Source: Sphyrna mokarran
Taxonomy: Eukaryota
DNA length: 64,000 nucleotides
Direction: 5' to 3'
Assembly: GCA_024679065.1 (NCBI GenBank)
Contig: JAGIQG010000009.1
Coordinates: 91,388,001 to 91,452,000 of the forward strand
The translations under genes and the position numbers were made by a program. This document shows positions 1 through 10,889 of the stretch, one piece after another. The notes beneath the pieces were generated by a model. It was not told the DNA's origin, searched no databases, and saw nothing but the letters and a program-made list of their open reading frames with translations. How positions within the stretch are numbered: the first letter of the stretch is position 1; each line of letters starts with the position of its first letter.

Positions 1-261
1 CGGATGTTTGGTTTGTGTTCTTCATTATTGAATTCAGACTCTCCTTTGCCATGTCTGATCGTACATTTACGACAGATGTAAGCTGTTCCCAAAATTCCTC
101 ATCAAAAAATTCCACCATGAATTGCTGTCTGGGAATCATCCGACGAATGTGAGTGTCATGATAATTAACTTGAACTCCTTTCACTATTGCAACATTAGTA
201 ACCTCAGGAAGATCACCAATTCCGGAGATTGCCGTGTATATCACAGTCAGTGAGTCAGTAT
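1..261 (-). CDS. Gene A exon 2, MHC class I alpha1 domain (gene continues beyond the left edge)
   Basis: Acceptor ttttacAG at 263-262; 261-nt phase-1 exon encoding DTDSLTVIYTAISGIGDLPEVTNVAIVKGVQVNYHDTHIRRMIPRQQFMVEFFDEEFWEQLTSVVNVRSDMAKESLNSIMKNTNQTS(G). Same length as the alpha1 exons of B and C, with the N86-type glycosylation site NQT. Not in the ORF track. Confidence 0.92.
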
Positions 262-555
262 CTGTAAAATAGTAACAGGTTAATAGATGTTTCCACAGAC
301 TACCAGCTGATCACAGTGAGAGCCATCCAAACTCCAATAATCCACATTCAATCCCAATAGAATCCTGTCTGATATTAGCAAAGGGGTGATGGACAATCCA
401 GAGCAGGATCTTCACTATCCTTCACAGAGCTTTTTAATCCCCCTTTATACATACTGTCTAGGATGTAGTGCTCTGAGGTAACCTGACCTATTCAACCATG
501 AGGACATCACACTTATCCTGAGGTGGGTTAAAGATGGATTATCCTTCACACAGGA

Positions 556-1105
556 ACATAAAATATAAAAGCAGGATTAAACCAAACGGCTGGTTGAGCC
601 TGCTCCAGCATTCAATACAATCATGGGTGAACTAGGGCTTTAACACAAGTTTCACAACTGCTCCCTGAATCCCTCAATTCCTAAGACTCCAAAGATCTGT
701 TTATCTCAGTCTTAAATGCTTGCAACAGTGGAGGATCCACAACTCCATGGGTGGAGAATTCCAAAGATTCACAACACTTTGAGTGAAGAAATTTCTCCAC
801 ATCTCAGTCTTAAGTGATCGATCCCTTACCCTGAGACTGTCCCTCTGTGTTTTAGACTCCTCACATTGTCTGTGTTTTAGACGGCGGAAACCATCTCTCG
901 GTGTCTACCCCGTTAATATCCTTCAGAATTGTGTAGATGTTATTGAGATCCCCTCTCATTCTCCTAAACTCCAGAGAATGCAGGCCCTGTTTTTTTCAGT
1001 CGCTCAACTTAGGGTCCAATTTAGTAAATCTTCACTATGTCGCCTCTAATGCAAGTCGAGCTTTTCTTAAATATGAAGGCCAAAATTGCACACAATAACC
1101 CAGAC
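556..1105 (-). mobile_element. CR1-type LINE 3' fragment in intron 1 of gene A
   Basis: Degenerate antisense match to the CR1 RT C-terminus/3' UTR seen in other copies here (e.g. gtgaagaaatttctccacatctcagtcttaa). Confidence 0.65.
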
Positions 1106-2149
1106 AAAGGATGAGACGGTAAATCATATGAGAGCTGAGAAATCAGGATCACGCCCAATTTCTTGGTTCCTGCAATCTTAGAAGAACTGGATTTCTGGTG
1201 AGGTTAGCCTCTCACCAGAAATGGGCGAGAGGCTAAATAACGTAAATATATTTTAATTTTGCTCTGTATGTGGTTAGCGAGCCTAGCGCTGAATCATCCA
1301 GGTCACTTTTCTTTATGGTCTTGCCAGGAGAGTTCTGTCCGCCAAGGAAAACATCTGCTCCCCATGAATGAGTAACAGCCGTGTTGGTCCCACTGGTTGA
1401 ACCAGAGTCTATTCAGGCTCCCCTGGGGGTGCCGAGCGCAAAGGGGGATGGCTTCTGGGCAATGTCAGCCTGGCATCTCGATAATGGCCACTTGGCAGTG
1501 CCAGAGATAGACCCTATGTGGAAGGAGGCTTATGGGGATGGGGGCCTATGGGAGCAGGGCCTGAAGAGGCCCTGTAGTGTGTTTCACAGCATCAGGAGAG
1601 GGAGAGGGTCCCGTTGCCACTCTGCAGCTGCAATATAAAGAGGGAGGTGAGGGGGTCCCGCCGCCATGCTATAGGTAATCAATGTGGCGGGGGAGAAGGG
1701 CCAACTGCCTCTCTGCAGCTCTGATTGGTTGGGGACACATTCACTGTGGTTGGTGGGGGGGTGGAGGCAGCAGGGGCTGATTTTCTGGGTGATGTGGGGC
1801 TCATAAAGGCCACGGAGCCTGTGATTGCAGTAGGGGGAGAGAGTTTGTGGAGGCTATGTATAACAGTAGAGGCAGGTCTCTCTGTCTGTCAGACTTCTGC
1901 AGTTCCTACAGTGCATGTATAGAATAACAGGTCTACGCATGCGTGGTAGCTCTCTCTGCTGTTGCGCAGTAGCCCTCTTGGCTATTGCCGTTCTACAGGC
2001 TGGCTGGTGAATTAAACCTTTCCCACTGTCTGTATATATGGTCCAGCTGATATTTGCAAATGTCTAAGTCCATAAGATTGGGGGTGAAAACTCATCCAAA
2101 AATGGATCTGCAACTCTGCCATTTCCATGCTAGCTGGACATTTAGAATC

Positions 2150-2540
2150 ATTCTCATAAAATTTCATCCATAGCCTCACCAAGATCCTGCACAACTACTG
2201 CAAGACTTTTTTTATTCTTGTACTCCAATCTCCTTGCAATAAAGACTGTTATACTAATGGTTTTCCTAACTGCTTGCTGTAGCTCCATGCTAACTTTCTG
2301 CATTCCTTGTACAAACACATCACAACCTCTCTGAGCATCAATATTTACATATTTCACAACTTTGAAAAAATATTCTGCATTTCTATTCTTATGGCAAAAA
2401 TGAATAACTTCCCACTTGCTGCGATTATACTGCACCTGCCATCTTGAGGCTGCCTCACTTACTGACATCTGTTTGCAGGCTCTTGGTGCCTTCCCAACAG
2501 CTCACCTTATCACCAACCTCTCTATGATCAGTAAACTGAG
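2150..2540 (-). mobile_element. CR1 LINE RT fragment
   Basis: ORF 2154-2468 contains RWQVQYNRSKWEVIHF...LEYKNK, a decayed version of the CR1 WQMEFNxxKCEVMHFG motif. Confidence 0.75.
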
Positions 2541-3098
2541 AATGCAGACCTGAGAGAGAATTTTATCCCACTGTGTGATGAGTTCAGGAAGCAATGTGCC
2601 ATTTACTAGCGGCAGGATCTTATGGTCCCACTACTGTCAATGGGGTTTCTGTTGAAGGTGTTTCTTGTGCCTAGGAACCCGCAGCAGGGGAGCGTCATTG
2701 GCAGGATGGACAGTTACCGTCAATATAAACAGCAGCAAGATTTTGCGTTTGTCTTGTTAACAAAGTCATTGATGTAGATAGTAAATAGCTGAGTATTGAA
2801 GTGATGAAGCTGTTTTGCTACTCCTAACCAATGTGAAAATTACAATTACCCATTTGAAGCATTTTTCAATTGCTCCAAGCTTCTCTGCTCTGGGTGTTTG
2901 TACATCCTGCTGACAGCAGAGCTGAACACCAATCCCACCATCTCACACTGTGCTGACTTCAATGGTGTCAAATATCAGGCTGGCTGTACAACAGCGTCTG
3001 AGCAAACATCACCCACTTCAAACTCTCACCAAAAGTTTCAAATTCAACCCAGAGAGAGAGAGAGAGAGTGAGAACGGGAGAGTGAATTCTGTACTTAC

Positions 3099-3150
3099 CG
3101 GGAGAGACCCAGGAAAAACACAGGGAGATGGAGAAAAGGATCAGCAACAT
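3099..3150 (-). CDS. Gene A exon 1, signal peptide MLLILFSISLCFSWVSP
   Basis: ATG at 3150; 52 nt ending at a phase-1 donor G|GTAAGT. Joins in frame to exon 1-261. Identical to the leaders at 25322 and 59492. Confidence 0.9.
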
Positions 3151-3215
3151 TCTGGGAATCCACTGTCCCAATTCCAATCACTGACTGGGAATTAAACACT
3201 CTGAGGGTGAAATAA

Positions 3216-3412
3216 CTTTATAAACTGCGGGGAAAACATAAAAAAAACAACCCAAAACTTTATCCAAAATCCATTTTCCCGTCTAAATCGAGCATTTCCT
3301 TCTCGCAGAGCCAAAGGGTGACTGACTGATTCGTCTCAGAAAATGAACCAATGAATGAGATAAACAGTCAGCCTGTCACTAGTTACCAGCAAGATCAAAC
3401 TCAGACAGGTTC
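3216..3412 (-). promoter_or_regulatory. Gene A proximal promoter: S box, X1/X2, Y box, TATA
   Basis: Minus strand: GAACCT (3412-3407), CTGGTAACTAG-TGACAGG (3389-3372), 19-nt spacer, ATTGG (3352-3348), TATAAAG (3222-3216). Order and spacing match the vertebrate MHC SXY module. Confidence 0.8.
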
Positions 3413-3624
3413 AGATTCAGTCTGGAAAAAAATCTAAGAGGCATTTTTCCCATTCCAACCCCTAATTTTATGGTGGATGGAGTTGGGGGATGCACATGTT
3501 GGCTATTTTGCCTGACCCTGCGATTGTTTACGATCCGTGCACATCTCCGAACCAGAAAAACATAGCACCAGTGAGACGGCGCTGAAAACCGGCTTACCAC
3601 TAATTTGCATCACTGACCATACTT

Positions 3625-4075
3625 CAGCATAGTAAGAAATCTCACACCACCAGGTTAAAATCCAACCAATTTATTTGATAGTAAACCCACACCTTTCGGA
3701 GTTTGTCAATTCATCAGGTAAATGGAGAGTTCTGGCCTCAGACAGAGCATTTAACGGCACAGGCAGTTTACAGATTACTGATTAGAATGTGAGTCTTTAC
3801 ACCTAACCTGCTATTCCAATCCTAAAGATGAAGACAGGGTAAGTGGAAAGAGCATTAGGTATAGGTTAAAGAGATGTGTGTTATCTCCAGACAGTACCGT
3901 AGGTGAGGTTTTGCAAGCCCAGGCAAGTCATGGGGGTTACAGATAGTTCGACATGAATCCAACATCCGGGTTGAAACCGTCCTCGTGTGTGCGGAACTTG
4001 GCTATCAGTCTCTACTCAGCGACTCTGCACTGTCGTGTGTCGTGAAGGCCGACTTGGAGAACGCTATTGTCCACC
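3625..4075 (-). mobile_element. Penelope-like element 3' end/pLTR fragment
   Basis: Reverse complement of the 8400-8820 Penelope tail (gatagccaagttccgcaca...). Confidence 0.75.
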
Positions 4076-4349
4076 AAGGTTCTCTGCAGGGCAGCAGTAA
4101 GATCAATACATTCAAGGGACGGGGTATCTGTTACCCAGATCAGTGGGGCAGCCGTGTCCATAGAAGGAGGTTGAAATAGCATGAGCGGGTAGCCATAAAT
4201 GTATGGGGAGGGGGTGGGGGGTGGGGTCGTTGGGCAATGATGAGGCCAACGATGGTTGCACGGGTGGTGGGGAGTATGCTATCATGAGGCTAGCAATGTC
4301 TGTATGAGGGGTGGGGGGGCACCGATATGTCTGGGGGTTGTTGTGCACC

Positions 4350-5350
4350 GAGAGGAAGGAGTGACACTGACAGGAGGAGAGGGAGGGGAGGGAGTGACAC
4401 TGAAACGAGGAGTGAGGGGAGGAATGACACTGACAGGAGGAGAGTGAGGGGAGGGAGTGTCCTTGACAGGGGGAGAATGAGGGGAGGGAGTGACCCTGAC
4501 AGGAGGAGAGTGAGAGGAGGGAGTGTCCTAAACAGGGGGAGGGTGGAGGGTGAGGGGAGGAGTGACCCTGACAGGGGGAGACTGAGGGGAGGGAGTGACA
4601 CTGACAGGGGGAGAGTGAGGGGAGGGAGTGTCCTGACAGGGGAGAGTGAGGGAGGGAGTGATCCTGACAGGGAGAGAGTGAGGGGAGGAGTGACCCTGAC
4701 AGGGGGAGAGTGAGGGGAGGGAGTGACACTGACAGGGGGAGAGTGAGGGGAGGGAGTGACCCTGATGGGGGGAGGAGAGTGAGGGAAGGGAGTGATCCTG
4801 ACAGGGAAAGAGTGAGGGGAGGGAGTGACCCTGACAGGGAGAGAGTGAGGGGAGGGAGTGACCCTGACAGGGGGAGAGTGAGGGGAGGGAGTGACCCTGA
4901 CAGGGGGAGAGTGAGGGGAGGGAGTGACCCTGACAGGGGGAGAGTGAGGGGAGGGAGTGACCCTGACAGGGGGAGAGTGAGGGGAGGGAGTGACCCTGAC
5001 AGGAGGAGAGTGAGGGGAGGGAGTGACCCTGACAGGGGGAGAGTGAGGGGAGGGAGTGACCCTGACGGGGGAGAGTGAGGGGAGGGTGTGACCCTGACAG
5101 GGGGAGAGTGAGGGGAGGGAGTGACCCTGACAGGGGAGAGAGTGAGGGAAGGGAGTGACCCTGACAGGGGGAGAGTGAGGGGAGGGAGTGACCCTGACAG
5201 GGGGAGAGTGAGGGGGAGGGAGTGACCCTGACAGGAGGAGAGTGAGGGGAGGGAGTGCCCCTGACGGGGGAGAGTGAGGGGAGGGTGTGACCCTGACAGG
5301 GGGAGAGTGAGGGGAGGGAGTGACCCTGACAAGGGGAGAGTGAGGGGAGA
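4350..5350 (+). repeat. 33-bp G-rich minisatellite, about 30 units (gggagtgaccctgacagggggagagtgagggga)
   Basis: Direct tandem periodicity; gives 11-aa repeats in all reading frames. Confidence 0.95.
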
Positions 5351-5608
5351 TTTTTTTCCAACATCTCCCAGATATGTGTGCATGTGTGGGTTCCCAGTCA
5401 CCCTGCTGATTCCAGGCTCCTTGGTGTGAATAGGCCGTACCCTCATCCCCCCCGAGCTTTTAATGATATTCCCGATTGTGACCTCTGCATTACACATAGT
5501 GGGGAGATTCGAATTTGAACACCAACTGAATAAACAATGTGAATTACACAAATTTTCCTGCCAATTCAGCAGTTAAGGTTTTTTTGGGAGAATCGCACCC
5601 CACCCCCC

Positions 5609-5900
5609 AATCTTTATCCAGTGCTTTTCGTAAAGTGAAACCTCCTCAAGGACAGCTTTATGAAACAAAGATTGAGCCAGAGACACACACAGCTCAGTGC
5701 ATAAAAACTGCCTCAAACTTTCATTTCTAAAATTGAGGTGTTGTTTGACTGGGAAACGCAAGTTCAGTGGGCACAGGAATGGGACGTTACGGAGATCCCA
5801 GTGTGGCACTTCACTCAATTCATTGCACTTTCTTTACACAAAGAACACTGGTGTAAAACACATCTTCCTATTACACCCAATGAAGTTAACACCATCACAT
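5609..5900 (-). promoter_or_regulatory. Displaced distal promoter of gene A with ISRE-like site
   Basis: aaagtgaaacc at about 5632-5642 (minus strand GGTTTCACTTT); flanks match 25655-25757 and 59818-59920. Confidence 0.7.
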
Positions 5901-6725
5901 CCCCTTACTCTCTCCCTGTCAGTCTCAGTCCCTCCCCTCACTCTCCCCCTGTCAGTGTCTCTCCCTCCCCTCACTCTCTTCCTGTCAGTGTCTCTCCCTC
6001 CCCTCACTCTCTTCCTGTCAGTGTCTCTCCCTCCCCTCACTCTCCTCCTGTCAGGATCACTCCCTCCCCTCACTCTCCTCCTGTCAGGATCACTCCCTCC
6101 CCTCTCTCTCCCCATGTCAGTGACACTCCCTCCCCTCTCTCTCCTCCTGTCAGGGTAACTCCCTCCCCTCACTCTCCTGTCAGTGTCTCTCCCTCCCCTC
6201 ACTCTCCTCCTGTCAGTGTCTCTCCCTCCCCTCACTCTCCTCCTGTCAGGGTCACTCCCTCCCCTCACTCTCCTGTCAGTGTCTCTCCCTCCCCTCACTA
6301 TGTCCTGTCAGGGTCACTCCCTCCCCACTCTCCTCTGTCAGGGGTACTCCCTCACTCTCCTGTCAGGCCCTCACCCGCATGTCTCTCCCTCCCCTCACTC
6401 TCCTGTCACTGTCTCTCCCTCCCCTCACTCTCCTGTCACTGTCTCTCCCTCCCCTCACTCTCCTGTCAGTGTCTCTCCCTCCCCTCACTATGCTCCTGTC
6501 AGGGTCACTCCCTCCCCTCACTCTCCTCCTGTCAGTCTGACTCCCTCACTCTCCTGTCAGTGTCTCTCCCTCCCCTCACTATGCTCCTGTCAGGGTCACT
6601 CCCTCCCCTCACTCTCCTCCTGTCAGTCTGACTCCCTCACTCTCCTGTCAGTGTCTCTCCCTCCCCTCACTCTCCTGTCAGTGTTTCTCTCTCCCCTCAC
6701 TTTCCTCTGTCAGTGTCACTCACTC
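5900..6725 (-). repeat. Second array of the same ~33-bp minisatellite, inverted relative to 4350-5350
   Basis: Unit ctccctcccctcactctcctcctgtcagggtca is the reverse complement of the first array's unit. Confidence 0.93.
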
Positions 6726-6977
6726 GCCGCCTGGTCAGTGGTTTCACTGTGATTTCTGGGTGATGGTCTGTATATTAAAGGAAGTGTCTCAGTGTAATTT
6801 GTTGTGGTATAACTCCAGCCTGTGCGATGCTAGTTTAACAGTTCTCGGGGGGAATGGATCAATGTGAATGTGTTCACTGTGTAGAGAGGGTCCAGGATCC
6901 CAGTGTCTCCGCTCCTTACAACGGAGCAGCTGACTGAGGCCTCTTCAATCTAACTCTTCGTCCATTTCTTGAATTTC

Positions 6978-7244
6978 ACTTGTCTGAGTTTGATCTTTCT
7001 GATAACTGGTGACAAAATGTAGCCCAGCCATTCAATTGGATGTTTTTCTGAAGCTAACCAATTATTTATCTTCAGCCCAGTTTAGGAAATGATCAAGTTA
7101 ATCAGGAAAATGGAATCTCCATTGATTTGTTATTTGTTTTTTTTCCCCCAATGTATAAAGAGTATTATTTTCCTCCTCAAGAGTGTTCAATTCTCAATCA
7201 CGGTGAGCTCTGCTGGCCACATATTCAAAGGAATGTAGGTAAGT
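6978..7244 (+). promoter_or_regulatory. Inverted paralog of the class I promoter with an ATG-TAG micro-exon and splice donor
   Basis: X1/X2 CTGATAACTGG-TGACAAA (6999-7016), 18-nt spacer, ATTGG (7035-7039), CCAAT (7058-7062), TATAAAG (7154-7160), ATG TAG (7233-7238), GTAAGT. Collinear with the reverse complement of 3148-3410. Confidence 0.75.
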
Positions 7245-8064
7245 CAACAAACTTATAATTTTCTGCATTTTTTCAGAGGTAAATTTTGGAAGTATTTAAC
7301 AAATCACCTAAAGAGACAGGCAACATAGAATGGAATTGGTAGAAATTAACAGATGTCCTTAGGGATCTATATCCTGCTGTCAGGAGAACTGAATACCAAC
7401 CCCATCAGACTCTTCCACACTGTGCTGATTTCAATGGTGTCAAATATCAGGCTGGCTGTACAATAGCGACTGAGCATCGCTGAGGAATGAATGTTTAGTG
7501 AGCGGGATCATGTGGTTGGGACGGGCAGTTGGTAATTACATTGAAATATATGTAAAAACATTAAAACCAGCTTCTTGCCTTTTGTGGGCTGAACCTTGTG
7601 GATGTCACCAGCCAGGAACATTAAAAATCAGGCAATATGATCTCGCTGGTGAGAACCGCGTTTTCTAATTCTTGCTGTATTTTCTACCTGTGTCTCCATT
7701 CTCGCTGAAAACTAACACAGCTGAAAATCACCCCTTTGATCTCTGCTATTCTTCACCAGTTACCTCAGTTCACAATCTTCTGTCTGAAACAAATCCTTAG
7801 GCTGCTATTTGTTTTCAATAAATTCTCACCGGCGGGATTTTCTGATGAGGTGGGGAACAGTTGTACACACTGCTGGTGGGAACCTTACCCGGCAGGGGGC
7901 AAAACTACTGCGTCTGCAGACGGCCGTCCCAGGACTGCTAATCAAACTGAAATGTGTATTTCCAAATTGTAATCATGCAGGACTGATCACATGGACCCAG
8001 GATGCCAGTCTCAATTCCCCGCTACAGGTCCCCCCACCGACTCCTGCTGATGCCTTCTGGGCCG

Positions 8065-8820
8065 CTGCACCATTCGAACAGTGACCATAATACCACACAA
8101 CCCTGCCACAGCAATCTCTGCAAGACATGCCGGATCATCAACATGGATGACATTCACCAGGTACACGGTACATACTCTTGCAACTCAGTCAACGTTGTCC
8201 ACCTAATACGTTGCAAGAAAGGATGTCCGGAAGCATGGTACATTGGGGACATTAGGGAGACCATGCAGACACTACGACAGCAGGTGAATGAACATCACTC
8301 GACAATCACCAGGCAAAACTGTTCCCTTCCTGTTGGTGAACACTTCAGCGGTCACGGGCATTTGGCCTCCGACCTTCAGTTAAATGTTCTTCAAGGGGGC
8401 CTTCACGACACACGACAGCGCAGAGTCACTGAGCAGAAACTGATAGCCAAGTTCCGCACACATGAGGACTGTCTTAACAGGGATCTTGGCTTCATGTCAC
8501 ACTATCTGTAAACCCCATGACTTGCCTGGGTTAGCAAAAATCCTCACTTACTGTGCTGTCTGGAGACAATACACATCTCTCTAACCTGTGCTCAGTGCTC
8601 CTTCCACTCATTGTTAGCCACTTTAAGACTTGAATAGCAGGTTAGGTGTAAGGATTCGCATTCTAATCAGTAATCTGTAAACTGTCTGTGCTGATACGTG
8701 TGCTATTGGAGACCAGAACACCTCATTTGCCTGACGAAGGCCATAAAGCCGAAAGCTTACGAGTTTACTATCAAATAAATCGGTTGGATTTAAAACTGAT
8801 GTTGTCAGACTTCTTACTGC
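8065..8820 (+). mobile_element. Penelope-like retroelement: GIY-YIG endonuclease end plus pLTR
   Basis: ORF 8002-8511 has PCHSNLCKTC...CNSVNVVHLIRC...WYIG...LRQQVNEH...VGEHF; hammerhead core at 8731-8754. Confidence 0.88.
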
Positions 8821-10335
8821 GATTCAAATAGAACAATGGGCTGGGAGAATCCTGGCCCTTGTCTCTCTGGAGTGGAGCAGACAGGAGGGGAGGTAGTTGA
8901 AGACCAGCATTTTTCAGCAGCTGCCCCTTTGTATAAAAACCATTACTGATACATTGACTGGTATAAAGCAGGTCCATCTCAATCCTTCCAGTCACGTGGA
9001 AGATGTTGCAAAATTCCATAACAAATACAAAGACGAGTTATATTGAACTGGGATGGCAGCAACACAAATAACCCCAAAAGAATCACTCCTGCCAGTTCCA
9101 AGTACAGAAACAGTGCAAGTCCATGAGACAGCAGCTGGATCTCGAATGGGTGCAGCCTCTGTTTACCAGATTCAGGGTTCTGGGAGATGCCTCATTGGTG
9201 GATGCCAGCTTTGAGTTCCCCTATAGGCTCTTGTTGATGTCTCCCAGCACACTGATCAGTGACCAGTGTGATCACTGATTAATGTCTCTGGCATTAGAGG
9301 GGTCAGCGTATGGGAAGATGCAGAGTGATACCTCTTGCGAAGTGAATTTTTTTTAATCTCCCCTCAATGCCCCCTCCACAACTCTTTGTGACAGAGACCC
9401 TCAGGCACAGAGAGGGGGATTTTTGATATTTAATTTGGAGGAATTGTTTGTGATCTCTTATTTAATAAAAATTCTATTTCTAACTTAGAAATTGTGTTCT
9501 GTTTGAGGTTGTTGTTGTACTTCTATTTGAGCTCAGAGTCATTCTAAATAAATCAAATCATTTTATTCACATAAACCATTTTAAGATGATGACAGTTTAG
9601 AAAGTAGAAAAATAGCTCAGAAATGCAAATGTTACGAAATGTTTCAGACCAATTTGCTGAGGTTGACATTGTTCAGTAATAACTCTCACAAACTTGTGCA
9701 ATGTCTCCTTGTTGCTGTAATAAAATCTCCCTTGTTTTGCTTTCCAGCCACACTGTCCTTTTGTGCATTTCCTGGGAGAAGGAGAGGGATTTTTCTCCCT
9801 CTCAATATCCAAACCTATCAGTTCCCCCCTCAGCTGCTCTCCAGCCTCCCTGACAACTGCAGTCGGTCTTTCCTCAGCTTCTTCCTGAGACCTGGCTCCA
9901 GGGATATCCATGTTGGGATCCTCCATTTCATCCACTTCTGGAACAATCTGCTATGTGGGATGAAGGATCAGTGCTTCCTGTGGGGAAAGTTGGGCGATGT
10001 GTAACCGAGCCCCACAATCCCCAACACTGTGACAGGAGAGTCGAGCAAAGTGACCCCTGACCTGTGCAGACGCTGGCAACAGGAATTCAACAACCTGATT
10101 GTCTCCTTCAGTACTCGACATGTTAAAGTGCTTTGTTTCTTCCGTGATATACTTTTAATGATTTTTAAAATCAGATCAAACCTGTTTGAATCTTTTAAAT
10201 CAAATCAGAGAACTTGTCAAACGTCAGATATATTGAAGATATAAAAGGTTATATTGAAAATCTTTCAGAAAGTGTGGCATATCGACCAAATGTGAGTGTA
10301 TTTCATTCCCAACAATCTGTCCCTCAGTCACTCAC

Positions 10336-10367
10336 TGGAGCTGTTGTGTACGTCCCACTTGGTGAAT
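10336..10367 (-). CDS. Gene B exon 6, cytoplasmic (DSPSGTYTTAP)
   Basis: ctgcAG acceptor and CCA|GTGAGT donor; carries the class I cytoplasmic Tyr motif; identical in gene C. If unspliced it reads on to VSD-stop at 10324. Confidence 0.8.
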
Positions 10368-10772
10368 CTGCAGAAGTGAAATAAATGTCAGTTAGAATGG
10401 GGAATAATCCATTCTCAGAGAGTGAGAACACAACAAGTGTGAGGGAATGGAGATTGTGTGAGAAATACTCATCCTCACACTCCCCTCCATCCTTACACTT
10501 TATGGAGATCCTGTAGATCTCTTCCATTCCATCCATATTCAGTAGGTGAGGATGTGATTGTGTGCGGTGGCTTTAATGATCAATACTATACGTGTCTGGG
10601 CTGATCACACGAGAAAAGATCAGACAAGGAACAAGATGTGTTTATACGTGCGTATCTGTGTGTAGGAATTAAATCAGTTCATTCAACACAGTGTCCTGTA
10701 TTCCCAGTACTGGAGATTTCCCACACTCACTCTGTCCCCTCAGTTCTACATTCCCCTCTCTCTCATTCTTAC

Positions 10773-10889
10773 CTCTCCATTGTCTTTTCCAGATGATTAT
10801 TCCGATTATCCCAAATATAACAGCCAGTGTAGGGATCACTGCTCCGATTATAATTCCAAGATTTTGTTTCCCATTGTTTTCCGGGATTT
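10773..10889 (-). CDS. Gene B exon 5, connecting peptide and transmembrane segment
   Basis: EIPENNGKQNLGIIIGAVIPTLAVIFGIIGIIIWKRQWR; AG/GT boundaries, 117 nt, phase 1. Confidence 0.9.

Larger units (their letters stand above)
3438..5607. mobile_element. Composite insertion in gene A promoter: probable non-autonomous DNA transposon with nested Penelope fragment and minisatellite
   Basis: Promoters B and C read aatctaatcttt without interruption; in A this is split at 3437/5608. Ends are imperfectly inverted (gaggcatttttccca ... tgggagaatcgcaccc) with TAA/CAA flanks. Confidence 0.65.

Noticed and set aside
1-10. Gene A truncated after alpha1
   Set aside because: The exon ends exactly at the window edge; the missing exons probably lie outside the window, so nothing can be concluded.
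4112-6752. Long ORFs (479, 297, 278 aa and others) with LSGSLPPLTLP / PSPHSPPV repeats
   Set aside because: They are translations of a stop-free 33-bp minisatellite that is open in several frames on both strands.
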